Below, piece by piece: positions 9,942 to 19,841 of a stretch of DNA of 64,000 nt. The translations under genes were made by a program, and so were the position numbers. Positions within the stretch are counted from its first letter, which is position 1. Each line of letters begins with the position of its first letter. Source of the stretch: a bacterium (GTDB lineage: Bacteria; Caldisericota; Caldisericia; UBA6126); assembly GCA_021372585.1 (NCBI GenBank), contig JAJFUD010000065.1, forward strand, positions 2,640 through 66,639, given 5' to 3'. The notes beneath the pieces are model-generated. The model was not told where the DNA came from. It saw only the letters and a program-made list of their open reading frames with translations, and searched no databases.

Positions 9942-11089
9942 ACAACACTGGGCTCCACAAATAACTCTCCTCTTTCGAACCTCCCAAGGTCAAGTTTAGT
10001 TTCTATCTCAGGAATCGCTAATGGTTCATTTGTCATCATCTGAGCTATCAGAGTAGATGTCATCGGCGAAATCATAAATCCATGTCCGGAGAATCCGCAA
10101 GCCAAATAAAATCCTTTTATCTGGGTTTTGCCGATAATAGGAGTTTTATCTGGGGACATATTATACATTCCTGCCCACTGCCTAACCACTCTGGCATGTT
10201 TCAACGGTGGAAGTACAGTGGTGACTACAGAAGCCATTTTTTGCAAAAAAAGATAAGTGCTATCAACATTGATTTCTTTCGGCTCATTCGGATCGCCTAT
10301 CCCCATGATAATCGCGCCATTGGGCTCTTGTTGGGTATAAAAATTGTGATAAAAACTCATAACCATCGGCCTAAACAGTGGCTCAATCGGCTCAGTGATC
10401 AGGATCTGGTGACGTTCAGAATACGTTGGGATGGAAACGCCGGCCATATTTCCTACAATTTGGGACCATCCGCCTGCTGCATTCACGATGGAGTCGCATT
10501 CTATGACGCCCTTACTAGTGATTGCTGCTTTGATAGAATCGTGTTCAGTCTTGATACCGATTAATTCTGTGAAAAGTTCGATATCCACTCCTTTTCTTCT
10601 ACAAGCCATTGCATAAGCTTGGGTAGTATGAAAAGGATTCAAGTGACCATCTTTGTCATAATAAGTAGCTGCCATCAAGCCTTTCAAGTCAATGATAGGA
10701 ACAACCTTCCTGCAATCTGATGGTTCAAGCCATTCGACATGGAGTCCAAATTTTCTTTGAAGAGTAATATTCTTTTTAAACTGTTCAACCTGCTTCTCAG
10801 TGTAAGCCGGCATGAAATAACCGGTCTGCGAAAACTCGATATCGTGAGGATATTCAAGCTCTTCCTGTAAAGTTTCAAACCGTTTAACCGATCCAATGGA
10901 GAGTTTCAAATTCATTTCAGTTCCCCATTGTTGTCGAACACCGGCTCCGCATCTTCCGGTTGCTCCAGAGGATAATGTATTTTTCTCCAGCACAATGATA
11001 TCTTTTACACCTCTTTTTATCAGTTCATAAGCGATCGCAACACCGGTGATACCCCCACCGACAATCACCACGGATGCTTTATTTTTCAT
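9938..11089 (-). CDS. FAD-dependent oxidoreductase, DAO family (beta/catalytic-like subunit of heteromeric dehydrogenase)
   Basis: N-terminal Rossmann VVIVGGGITGVAIAYEL, DAO-family fold. Start set at the MKNK ATG (11089), which has a strong RBS GAGGAGG 6 nt upstream. ORF-track start 11107 is 6 codons further upstream. Confidence 0.8.
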   Translation of the reverse strand: MKNKASVVIVGGGITGVAIAYELIKRGVKDIIVLEKNTLSSGATGRCGAGVRQQWGTEMNLKLSIGSVKRFETLQEELEYPHDIEFSQTGYFMPAYTEKQVEQFKKNITLQRKFGLHVEWLEPSDCRKVVPIIDLKGLMAATYYDKDGHLNPFHTTQAYAMACRRKGVDIELFTELIGIKTEHDSIKAAITSKGVIECDSIVNAAGGWSQIVGNMAGVSIPTYSERHQILITEPIEPLFRPMVMSFYHNFYTQQEPNGAIIMGIGDPNEPKEINVDSTYLFLQKMASVVTTVLPPLKHARVVRQWAGMYNMSPDKTPIIGKTQIKGFYLACGFSGHGFMISPMTSTLIAQMMTNEPLAIPEIETKLDLGRFERGELFVEPSVV

Positions 11090-11363
11090 GGTTGTCCTCC
11101 TCGGCAAGAGAACCTAATGAAATCGTCACAACTGGTGGCCTGAACCTGGAAGGTTTGATGGCTTCGATGGGAATAGAATGAGCTTTGGAAAGTTCCTGCA
11201 TAATAAGATTCCGGCAGGTTTTTCCCTGACACTGCCCCATACAAGCCCTGCTCAGTCTTTTTATCTCATCTAAGGTGGTGCAGCCATCTTTGATTAACTC
11301 CTGAATCTCACTTAATTTTACGTCTGCACACCGGCAAACAATTACTTCATCTTTATTTGTCAT
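11079..11363 (-). CDS. BFD-like [2Fe-2S]-binding subunit
   Basis: CRCADV...C..C....C Cys pattern typical of the BFD-like 2Fe-2S domain. Start moved to MTNKDEV (11363), which has RBS AAGGAG 8 nt upstream. The longer ORF start at 11420 would overlap the upstream gene by 68 nt. Confidence 0.65.
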   Translation of the reverse strand: MTNKDEVIVCRCADVKLSEIQELIKDGCTTLDEIKRLSRACMGQCQGKTCRNLIMQELSKAHSIPIEAIKPSRFRPPVVTISLGSLAEEDNHEK

Positions 11364-11853
11364 GGTTATTGCTCCTTGAAATGTGTCGAACTTCCATCGC
11401 CAGTTTTTTGGGAACTTCAACCCAAATGACTCTCGATTTTGGATTCTGTTTCGTTTTTTGGATTTTTATCACCTTACCGATCCCTACTTTTTCCCCTTTT
11501 CGATTCATCAGTTCAACAGAATCACCTTCTTCCGGGAAGGGAAGGAGTTCTAAGGGGAGTTTTATCAGACTGCTTTCCAGGTTATAGTTTTTCCAGACAA
11601 CAAAAATAGCCAATCCTGGACAGGCTGATATACAGTTTCCACAACCATTGCACTTATCCATATCAATCGTAGGGGTGTCATTGATGGATTGAAAAGGCAG
11701 TATTGCTCCTCTTGAGCAAGCATCCTGGCACGGATTGCAAGGTATCTGCTGGATACATTCCAGAATCGCGACCGGTCCTCGCTCAAACCGTTCTTCTGAA
11801 GGCATCCTTTCCCCTAGTTCATCGATATCCAGATAACCGTTCTTTATAAACAT
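11353..11853 (-). CDS. 4Fe-4S ferredoxin-type subunit of the oxidoreductase complex
   Basis: CNGCGNCISACP 4Fe-4S motif plus an upstream Cys-rich segment (CNPCQDAC). Translationally coupled to neighbours by 10-11 nt overlaps. Confidence 0.65.
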   Translation of the reverse strand: MFIKNGYLDIDELGERMPSEERFERGPVAILECIQQIPCNPCQDACSRGAILPFQSINDTPTIDMDKCNGCGNCISACPGLAIFVVWKNYNLESSLIKLPLELLPFPEEGDSVELMNRKGEKVGIGKVIKIQKTKQNPKSRVIWVEVPKKLAMEVRHISRSNNHDK

Positions 11854-12941
11854 ACATCCACCTCAACCTTGGCTAAACCGTTGCGTATTTTCTCTCCAAT
11901 GGGGCCCCTATGCATCTCATCAAGAAATTTTTGAGAATTTTGAATCACCTGATCGACCGAATCAAGCATTTTATGAAGTGCTTTGGCTGCCGCAAATCCT
12001 GCTATAGTACCTTCCAACATAGCGGAACTGGCTTCTTCCACTCCGGAAACATCTCCGGCAATGTAAACATCCGGATGAGTAGTTTGCATGATTGCGTTCC
12101 GTTTAGCTACATACCCTCCCAGTTCAGAAACATATCTCATCTCACACTGGAATTGCCATAAGAGCTCTGACATCGGAGATAAACCAACCGCAAGACACAA
12201 TGTATCACAAGACCATTTTCTTTCCGTTCCCGCTACATACTGCCATTTAGAATCCAGGTTGACAATTTCAACTGCTTCTAATGCATTTTGGCCAAGCGCC
12301 CGTTTCACGGTAGTCTGGGTAAAAATCGGGATACCCATGCGCCTCACTTTGGCAGCATGCACAAAATACCCGCCTACCGTAGGAGCCGCCTCAAGTATCG
12401 CTTTCACCTTCACCCCTGCCTGTAAAAGCTGGTAAGAAACTATTAATCCAATGTTTCCGGAGCCAATCATGATGATATCTTGACCGGGCATCACGCCGTA
12501 CATATTCATCAAAGTTTGTACTGCGCCGGCTCCATAAATACCGGGAAGATCATTCCCTTCAAACAGCAGAGACTTTTCTGATGCACCGGTCGCTACAATC
12601 ACCTTTTTGAAATAAATTTGGTATAGTTTTTTTTCTTTTTCCAGTGCAAGGATGAAATTCTCCTCGGGATAATATCCTGAAGCGACCGTCTCCAACATTA
12701 CAGTAACATTGGGAGAAGCTTGCACTTCACGGGTAAGAATCTGCCCGATTTCAAATCCCCTGGTGCCGGCATATTGTTCTTTTGACCCAAAAAACATATG
12801 AGTTTGTTTTAATAGTTGACCACCCAGAAATGGATCCCGTTCCAGAATGAGCACATTCAATCCGGTACCCAGCAATGACCTGGCAGCACATAACCCTGCC
12901 GGTCCACCTCCAATGATCAGCACATCACAATCTATTCTCAC
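11844..12941 (-). CDS. FAD/NAD(P)-binding oxidoreductase (alpha-like subunit; pyridine nucleotide-disulfide oxidoreductase fold)
   Basis: Two Rossmann motifs (DVLIIGGGPAGL; IIMIGSGNIGL). Resembles sarcosine oxidase alpha / HcnB / OoxA / archaeal PDH alpha. ATGA overlap with the upstream gene. Confidence 0.8.
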   Translation of the reverse strand: MRIDCDVLIIGGGPAGLCAARSLLGTGLNVLILERDPFLGGQLLKQTHMFFGSKEQYAGTRGFEIGQILTREVQASPNVTVMLETVASGYYPEENFILALEKEKKLYQIYFKKVIVATGASEKSLLFEGNDLPGIYGAGAVQTLMNMYGVMPGQDIIMIGSGNIGLIVSYQLLQAGVKVKAILEAAPTVGGYFVHAAKVRRMGIPIFTQTTVKRALGQNALEAVEIVNLDSKWQYVAGTERKWSCDTLCLAVGLSPMSELLWQFQCEMRYVSELGGYVAKRNAIMQTTHPDVYIAGDVSGVEEASSAMLEGTIAGFAAAKALHKMLDSVDQVIQNSQKFLDEMHRGPIGEKIRNGLAKVEVDVCL

Positions 12942-13240
12942 TTTTTAACTCCTTTGCCTTGTGTTTCTATGACCATGCCTTGTTCTATTCGTTGTGTACA
13001 TGTCCTGACATTGGGAATGCCATTTACTTTCATTAGACAGGATGAACAATTCCCTATACAACAAAATATTCCCCTTGGTCTGTGATATTTAAGGCTATAA
13101 GACAGAGTTTTGATACCATTCGCATATAAAGCAACAGCAATCGGTTCGTCGTCAAAACCTTCATATGGTACACCGTCAAAAGTAAATGTAACCGTTTTTC
13201 CTTTTTGGTAATCTATTATCGGATGCTCTTTTATTCGCAA
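12938..13240 (-). CDS. [2Fe-2S]-binding small subunit (HcnA / sarcosine-oxidase-alpha N-terminal-like)
   Basis: CCIGNCSSC...C Cys cluster. Probable TTG start at 13240 with RBS AGGAGG 6 nt upstream. The ORF-track ATG at 13315 has no RBS, so this is an alternative 5' end. Confidence 0.6.
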   Translation of the reverse strand: MRIKEHPIIDYQKGKTVTFTFDGVPYEGFDDEPIAVALYANGIKTLSYSLKYHRPRGIFCCIGNCSSCLMKVNGIPNVRTCTQRIEQGMVIETQGKGVKK

Positions 13241-13367
13241 TCGTACCCTCCTATATGCAAAAAAATACAACTTAACAGTATAGCATAATTTGCTTATCAC
13301 AGCTTTTCTTGTCATTCAGACAGGATGATTTGAGATAATTAGTGAATAAAGTACAATACATAATGGT

Positions 13368-14624
13368 ATGAACCGAAAAATTTACTATTTCGTTGCTCAT
13401 TTTCTCTTGTTTATCCTTTTTATAGCTTTTGAACCATTTATAATAGTGAGAAGTGAAGAAAGAATAACTGCGTTTGACCGGTTGGCTCCGCATTATTTTG
13501 TTCGACTGACTTCCTCAGACAAGGCATCTGTTCAGGTAAAGTTACAACAAAAACCAATACAGAATATAGAAAAATCGACCATTACCTTTGATCCAAAGAA
13601 ACCCTGGGTGTTGTACCTTTTAATTGAATCCAGCCGATGGGTCTCGCCTATTCAACAGAATTCGACCATCCTCTCTCTCCTTGAAAAAATAGAAACACCG
13701 CCTATATCTATAGAGACTTATTCCTTCCATATTGGCATTGAAAAACTGGAAACAGATTGGAATGTTCCGGTTTTCCTGAAAGATTCAAAACAATCTGCTG
13801 TCTATCTCCTGGATTCTATCCAAAGGATTACCCAAATCATTCAAAAAAACAACCAGAATAGTATTCTTTGTGTCATTGGATCAGGACACAATACAGTTAA
13901 TCTGACCGATTTTCCGCTTCCTTCCTGTCCGATTTGGTTTTTTTTCCAGAATATGGCTGAGAGCAGATCAACGCCTTATCTGGAAACAATATCCATGCTT
14001 TCTGGCGGTGCTTCCTTTACTTTTCAAGAGCTTGATTTATTGGGTAAAGTAGCGTTACCAAGCAAAGAGAAAGGAATTGTTCTTCATTTTTCCGTACCGT
14101 ATCAGTGGTTCAATTTTCAAAAACAGATCCGAATAAGAATTAATGATCAAGATTCATCAGATTTATTAACACTTTTTTACCCGACACCCTGGGTAAGTCT
14201 CATCATGATTGTATGTCTATTCTTGTTGATGGTTGTGCTGCTTTTTAGGATTCTCCGAACAAATAAAAACGATCAACCTAAAAAACATCAAAAGCAGTAC
14301 AATCTTGCCTGGTTGGAATGGATTGGAAATTCATCGGAAAAACAAAACAAGCGAATTCACTTATGTAATTTTACGATTGGTTCAAACCAAAATTGCCACC
14401 TATCTCTTCAAGATGATTCCATTTCTGATTACCATGCTTTGATCCAGGAAAAAGAGATGATTTTTACTGTTACGGATTTATCCAGCCGATCAGGCGTGTG
14501 GGTTAACCACTCCAGAGTGTTTAACAGCATATTGCATGACGGAGACCAGATTCAATTAGGAAATTTAATTCTGACATTTAGACAAAGTCATATAAAATAT
14601 GAATCAAATGAAAAATATCTTTAG
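13368..14624 (+). CDS. FHA-domain membrane protein (extracytoplasmic N-domain, single TM, cytoplasmic C-terminal FHA)
   Basis: N-terminal hydrophobic signal/anchor. TM helix (WVSLIMIVCLFLLMVVLLF). C-terminal FHA signature (CHLSL......S..HA.I......F...DL.S..G..VN...V....L..GD.I.LG). Confidence 0.7.
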   Translation: MNRKIYYFVAHFLLFILFIAFEPFIIVRSEERITAFDRLAPHYFVRLTSSDKASVQVKLQQKPIQNIEKSTITFDPKKPWVLYLLIESSRWVSPIQQNSTILSLLEKIETPPISIETYSFHIGIEKLETDWNVPVFLKDSKQSAVYLLDSIQRITQIIQKNNQNSILCVIGSGHNTVNLTDFPLPSCPIWFFFQNMAESRSTPYLETISMLSGGASFTFQELDLLGKVALPSKEKGIVLHFSVPYQWFNFQKQIRIRINDQDSSDLLTLFYPTPWVSLIMIVCLFLLMVVLLFRILRTNKNDQPKKHQKQYNLAWLEWIGNSSEKQNKRIHLCNFTIGSNQNCHLSLQDDSISDYHALIQEKEMIFTVTDLSSRSGVWVNHSRVFNSILHDGDQIQLGNLILTFRQSHIKYESNEKYL

Positions 14625-16263
14625 AAAAATTGGTTTTAGCTGCCTTGTTTTTTTCCTGCTTTGCAGTCAAACGTTTGCCTACTTACAGCCAGAAGAGGAT
14701 TATAACTATTTCGACAGCACCCCGCTTTATTCTTTCACCGATAAAATTGAGTACTACACTCTATCTAAGAACAGCGAGATACTGGTTATCCAGGTTATTT
14801 CAAAACAGACTTCCTTAAAAAAACTCTACGTAGCCAATGCTAACGGAACTGGACTGACCGATGTTTTTTCTGATGGTGACTGGGCTTACAAACAATATGG
14901 TGTGTTTCTGGAAATGAAAAGTTTAACACCGGTGATAAGCGGTAACGGAGAAGTATTGGTACAAGGTGTCATTCCAACGCAACAAGTGGACAAAAGAAGT
15001 GATTATTTCTTTATTTATTACACGAAAATAAAAAAGGGATTTATCGTTTCATTAAAAGTTCTTTATCCCGGGTGTACAAGCGCTAGATTTCCAAAAGATC
15101 CATCAGGATCACATTATTCTGTTGATTTCAATGGTAGAAAGATATTTGCTATAGTGGAAATGGGTACCCAAAACGACCAATGCAATATTTATGATTCTGC
15201 CATTGTCTCGATGAATATTGACGGTTCAAATCAAACTGTCGTGTATGGTCCTGCCGATTATTCTCCGATCCATTGCCGTTTTACATGGAAGAGCTATCCG
15301 AAATCACCCAGGAACGCCATCGTTTCTTTTAGCGGAGAAAAGCTTTTTTTCTTTGGATCCATTTACGAAAACGACAATGCAAATGACAAAGACGGTGAAA
15401 TTTTTGTTATAAACGCAGACGGATCCAACATCAGACAATTAACTTTCTCAAAAAAACTGGATCCGAAACCGGAACAGGCAGGTCCTTTTGTTATCAATTA
15501 CTACGGAAGCCGTTTATATTATCAGATCCTGAACAATAGCAGGTACAATCTGATGTCCATTGGTATAGATGGTTCTTTGCCTGAATCTTACTTTTCTTTT
15601 AATCACCCGATCGTATTTTCCATCAGTACCGATGGAAAGAGAATATTCTTCTCTCACCCTGAAAAAAAGGACAGCCTTGTCTATTTTGATGTGGTGACGC
15701 AACGGTTTATTACTCTGCTTGATTTTACAAAACCCGCGGAATTGACCAATTACGGTTTACTGGAGAAGCTTAATCATGAGGATTGGATTTGGACAAATAC
15801 CAGCGATTTTGCTGGAAATATGTTTTTATGTTGTATTGATCAGGAATGGATTATCAGGGGTACGATAAACTCATCCTATTTGCGTCCCAGAGTGATGAAT
15901 GTCGTGTTTCAGACAGGTTATTCTGTAGTAACGGTCAATCACCAACCAATTAGCCTCCCTACTACCCCCTACATAAAAAATAACCGAATCATGATTCCAG
16001 CTTCCACATTTTGCCAAGCCTTTGGGTATCCATACAAATGGCATACGAAGGAGCAGGTTTTAGAAATCAGGCAATTTGGTAATATTATACAGATCCATCC
16101 TCTAAAAAAGTCTTTGGTGATAAATAATAAAATCATCAAACCCACACTTAGTGCAGAATCAAAGAATAACCAGATCTTTATACCTGGATACTGGGCAAGG
16201 GATTATTTTGGATTAGCCCTCCATTGGGATAGTAAGCTCCAAACCTTGACGATAACAAGATAA
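14599..16263 (+). CDS. Secreted PD40/TolB-like beta-propeller protein with C-terminal Cu-amine-oxidase-N-like domain
   Basis: Signal peptide. PD40-type repeats (IFVINADGSNIRQLT; IDGSNQTVVYGP). C-terminal approx 90 aa match the Cu_amine_oxidN1 pattern. Confidence 0.65.
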   Translation: MNQMKNIFRKIGFSCLVFFLLCSQTFAYLQPEEDYNYFDSTPLYSFTDKIEYYTLSKNSEILVIQVISKQTSLKKLYVANANGTGLTDVFSDGDWAYKQYGVFLEMKSLTPVISGNGEVLVQGVIPTQQVDKRSDYFFIYYTKIKKGFIVSLKVLYPGCTSARFPKDPSGSHYSVDFNGRKIFAIVEMGTQNDQCNIYDSAIVSMNIDGSNQTVVYGPADYSPIHCRFTWKSYPKSPRNAIVSFSGEKLFFFGSIYENDNANDKDGEIFVINADGSNIRQLTFSKKLDPKPEQAGPFVINYYGSRLYYQILNNSRYNLMSIGIDGSLPESYFSFNHPIVFSISTDGKRIFFSHPEKKDSLVYFDVVTQRFITLLDFTKPAELTNYGLLEKLNHEDWIWTNTSDFAGNMFLCCIDQEWIIRGTINSSYLRPRVMNVVFQTGYSVVTVNHQPISLPTTPYIKNNRIMIPASTFCQAFGYPYKWHTKEQVLEIRQFGNIIQIHPLKKSLVINNKIIKPTLSAESKNNQIFIPGYWARDYFGLALHWDSKLQTLTITR

Positions 16264-16269
16264 ATCAAT

Positions 16270-17067
16270 ATGAAACAACCTTTTATCTTTGAAACAACCT
16301 TTCAGTTTGGCTTGGAGTGGATCAAAGAAGCCGGCAATCTTATCATGAGCGTATTTGAACACCCCAGAAATATCGAAAAAAAGGGTGTGATCGATTTAGT
16401 AACGGATGCTGACAAAGCAAGCGAATCATTGCTTATCAACAGAATTTTAGACAAATTCCCAAAACATTCCATTTTATCTGAAGAGGCTGGCTACACTACC
16501 GGTTCGTCTGAGCATCAATGGATCATTGACCCGATTGATGGCACCACCAACTACTCAAGAAAACTTCCTTTCTTCTGTATCTCTATAGGATACAAGGTGG
16601 CAAACCAAACACAGTTCGGACTGATTTACGCTCCCGCTATTCAACAGCTATATTATGCAAAGCATCAATTTGGAGCCTATCGGAATCATCAACCGATCCA
16701 GGTTTCGAAAACAGAAACGATTCAGGATGCATTTCTAACGACCGGTTTTCCTTACACTCTGCATTCAACTGAAGAGCATAACAACATGCCCCTTTTCTCT
16801 TATTTTTCCTCCCATGCGCTTGCTGTTAGGAGATTAGGTTCTGCAGCGCTTGATTTATGTTATGTAGCAGACGGTATCTTTGATGGTTACTGGGAAGTTT
16901 CTCTTCAGCCTTGGGATTTTGTAGCCGGGGAATTACTGGTTAAAGAAGCTGGAGGGAAAGTATCCTCTTTTTCTGGAGAAGAGGTTCCCATGTCAAAATC
17001 TTCTATTATCGCTTCAAACCAACCTGTTTTCCTCCAAATGAAAGAGATTATTCAGCGTTTATGTTAA
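16270..17067 (+). CDS. Inositol monophosphatase family protein
   Basis: IMPase motifs IDPIDGTTNY and WDFVAGELLVKEAGG. Confidence 0.8.
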   Translation: MKQPFIFETTFQFGLEWIKEAGNLIMSVFEHPRNIEKKGVIDLVTDADKASESLLINRILDKFPKHSILSEEAGYTTGSSEHQWIIDPIDGTTNYSRKLPFFCISIGYKVANQTQFGLIYAPAIQQLYYAKHQFGAYRNHQPIQVSKTETIQDAFLTTGFPYTLHSTEEHNNMPLFSYFSSHALAVRRLGSAALDLCYVADGIFDGYWEVSLQPWDFVAGELLVKEAGGKVSSFSGEEVPMSKSSIIASNQPVFLQMKEIIQRLC

Positions 17068-19841
17068 GAAAACCAACTATCTCCTTTTTGTTATTGTTAT
17101 TGCTTTTAAGCCACCCCTTATTTTTGCCAAAAGTATTCTCTACACAGTCAGGATATGTTCTTCCTCTAGGTTTATCCAACTGGAAAGGCACCGGCAACAT
17201 AGAATCCAAACCTGAAAAAAACAATGAAAAGCAGTCTATTCTGCTATGGCAGCCACTTCACCAGTCTGCGTATTTAAAATCCACTTCCATTCCAACAGAT
17301 TGGCATTTCTATGACGAAATAGAGATAACTTTACAAAGCAATAAAGCTACCCGTTCCTGGATCAATATTCTTCTTTGCGATAAGAAAAATGCGGTTGCCA
17401 GTACTTATATTGAAATTGATTTTACGGGAGAAAAAGTCTTTCATCTCTCCACTAAAGGTCAATTTCCCTCTTTTAGCCGATCCAATACCGTTGACTGGAA
17501 TCAAATGGCTTTCTTTGCTTTTGAGTCTCATTCCATTGCCAATCTCGGTATTGATGAGTTGCAGTTAACCATCAAAAAGATAAAAATACAAACAGCCAAT
17601 ACAAAGACTACTTATCCAAAGATCGATCTCTCACCGAACCAAAAAAAATCTCTTTTCTTTGCTCCTGAATTTTTTGAAATAATCGAAAAGAATCAGGAAA
17701 AGATGGTTCACCATACATTACAGAATATAGAGAAAATGGTACAAGAGGCAAATCTGGCAAAAACACCCACTCCGGAAAACCTGTTTTATTGGACATTGCA
17801 TCAAAAACTGCATAAAAAATCGATGGATTTTTCCTATCAGAATCGAAGCGCTGCTCTGTTTCAAAAGTCTTATTGGGAGTCTTTGTTAAGACAGAACGAC
17901 ATCTTAATTCAGGAGAACGGTTTATTCTTTTTACTCACATATGATCTTATTCAGGCTGATTTACGATACAATGCTGCCAGTGATGAAAAATTTACCGCCA
18001 TTTTACAGTTTTTAGCAGAAATAGAGTTTAATCAGTGTCAATATTGGATAAATACTTATCCTTATGGCCAGGGAAACAATCACGTCACAAGAGCCGCTTC
18101 TTTTTTAGCTATTCTGGCTTATTACCACCATGATTTGGTGCGACGAAATATGTACTATCAATTTGCACAACAAGTCTTGGATTATTATTTTGCATTCCAG
18201 ATTGATCGGGAAGGATCTTTAAACGAAGGAACCCATTATTACATCTATTTAATGGAAATACTATCTTATTATGGGTATTTTGAGTGGTATGCTCATCAAA
18301 GAAACATCTTAAAAGATTTCTCTTATTCTCCAAAATTAAACAACATGACGCATTGGGCTGAGGCGATCAGGATGCCTAATGGTTTTCTTCCTGCTGTAGA
18401 CGATGCCTGGCAAACAAGAGTCATCTTTCCAATCCGATTGATCAGTCCCTTACTGGAGGATAAATCCCGCGGAAACTTTATCAGCACATGCCAGGATTCA
18501 ACTAATATAGTCGGAGATTTTCCCTGGAATTTTGGAAAGCCACTCTATATCCCTTTATTTTTGTTCAGTGCCGGGGAGACTTTTGAAATTACCTCACCTA
18601 ACGAAACCCCGAGCAGGATTTTCTTTCAGGAAAATCAGGTTGTCTTTAAAAAGGACTGGTCTTTCCAAAGCAGTTATGTATTTTTTATAGGTAAACAGAA
18701 ACCATCCCTGCATGAACATGATGATACTGCTCAAATTCAGATTTTTGCAAATCAAATACCCATTTTGTTGGATAGTGGTTACGGACCTGCCGGCTGGTCT
18801 TCGAAACAGAGAGACTACTACATCAGCGGTTCAGCCCATAATGTTGTCACCATTGACTCACAGGGACCGAAGGCGAATTACAATGGCAGTATTGGGCCTA
18901 CTGACAAATCTTCTATTCTGGATTCTTATCTGGCCCCATCCATGCAATATGTCTCCATGAATATTTCCCGTAACGTACTTTTTCGGGATACTAACTGGAA
19001 AAGAACGGTGTTTTATATTCCTGAAACTGAAAACAGCCCTTTCTATTGTGTTGTCCTAGACAATCTGTCTTCCCCGAAAGAACATCTTTATGAATGCATA
19101 TTCCACCCGAATGGAGAGGTGGTTAGGATAAAAGACGATACGGTTGTATTTCAAAAAAATGTACGAGAGCAAAATGAAACAATCAATATCATCCTTCAAT
19201 CATTACAACCCAGGAAGGTTGAACTAAAAAAAGGATACTACTCTCCTTATTGGGGAGAAGAGTATGGATCTTCCTATGTTTGTTATTCGGATAGAGCAAA
19301 ACAAAGTTCTTTTTCTACTATGATTACCAGTACAAGCAAATCGTCATTCGCCTCTGTTTCTCAGGTTCTGAATCCATCCAACTCCTTTCAAAATGAAAAT
19401 GAGTACGCTTTTACAGTGAATCAGCAAGAAAACTCTTTCATGGATTTTCTTTTCAAAAACCCCGATAGAAAGTTAGTACAAGGTAGCTGGATCTCTTCAA
19501 ATGGAGCTGTAGCTTACATTAGAAAAGAAAACGGATCGAATAAAATTCTTAGTTTTGTCAGTATACGGTCCAGTTTTTTAAATCTTCAGAAAACTCCGCT
19601 GTATTATGCACAGAATAACATAGACTACCTTTATTTTTCCAGCGACAATAGCTTATATGATTATTTTCTTGAATACGAGTCCTTTGCGTTATCCAACAGG
19701 ATTTATCTGAATCTTTTTGACATTTCAAAGGTTCTTTTAGACAATAAAGAAGTGGAATTTGAAAATACTTCCGGTGGGATTTCTTTTTCATTACCACCTG
19801 GAAAGCATTATGTATTGCTGTTTCAAAAAGGGGAAGTATGA
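17061..19841 (+). CDS. Secreted heparinase II/III-like family protein (alginate-lyase-like N-domain + Hepar_II_III C-domain)
   Basis: Signal peptide. Alpha/alpha toroid-like N-half. C-half with HEHDD...LLDSGYG........R.YY.SG.AHNVVTID signature of heparinase II/III-like proteins. Overlaps neighbours by 4-7 nt. Confidence 0.55.
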   Translation: MLRKPTISFLLLLLLLSHPLFLPKVFSTQSGYVLPLGLSNWKGTGNIESKPEKNNEKQSILLWQPLHQSAYLKSTSIPTDWHFYDEIEITLQSNKATRSWINILLCDKKNAVASTYIEIDFTGEKVFHLSTKGQFPSFSRSNTVDWNQMAFFAFESHSIANLGIDELQLTIKKIKIQTANTKTTYPKIDLSPNQKKSLFFAPEFFEIIEKNQEKMVHHTLQNIEKMVQEANLAKTPTPENLFYWTLHQKLHKKSMDFSYQNRSAALFQKSYWESLLRQNDILIQENGLFFLLTYDLIQADLRYNAASDEKFTAILQFLAEIEFNQCQYWINTYPYGQGNNHVTRAASFLAILAYYHHDLVRRNMYYQFAQQVLDYYFAFQIDREGSLNEGTHYYIYLMEILSYYGYFEWYAHQRNILKDFSYSPKLNNMTHWAEAIRMPNGFLPAVDDAWQTRVIFPIRLISPLLEDKSRGNFISTCQDSTNIVGDFPWNFGKPLYIPLFLFSAGETFEITSPNETPSRIFFQENQVVFKKDWSFQSSYVFFIGKQKPSLHEHDDTAQIQIFANQIPILLDSGYGPAGWSSKQRDYYISGSAHNVVTIDSQGPKANYNGSIGPTDKSSILDSYLAPSMQYVSMNISRNVLFRDTNWKRTVFYIPETENSPFYCVVLDNLSSPKEHLYECIFHPNGEVVRIKDDTVVFQKNVREQNETINIILQSLQPRKVELKKGYYSPYWGEEYGSSYVCYSDRAKQSSFSTMITSTSKSSFASVSQVLNPSNSFQNENEYAFTVNQQENSFMDFLFKNPDRKLVQGSWISSNGAVAYIRKENGSNKILSFVSIRSSFLNLQKTPLYYAQNNIDYLYFSSDNSLYDYFLEYESFALSNRIYLNLFDISKVLLDNKEVEFENTSGGISFSLPPGKHYVLLFQKGEV

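Noticed and set aside
10082-10616. Plus-strand ORFs (160 and 61 aa) inside the DAO-family oxidoreductase gene
   Set aside because: They are antisense to a gene with a clear Rossmann motif and operon coupling, and have no RBS or motifs.
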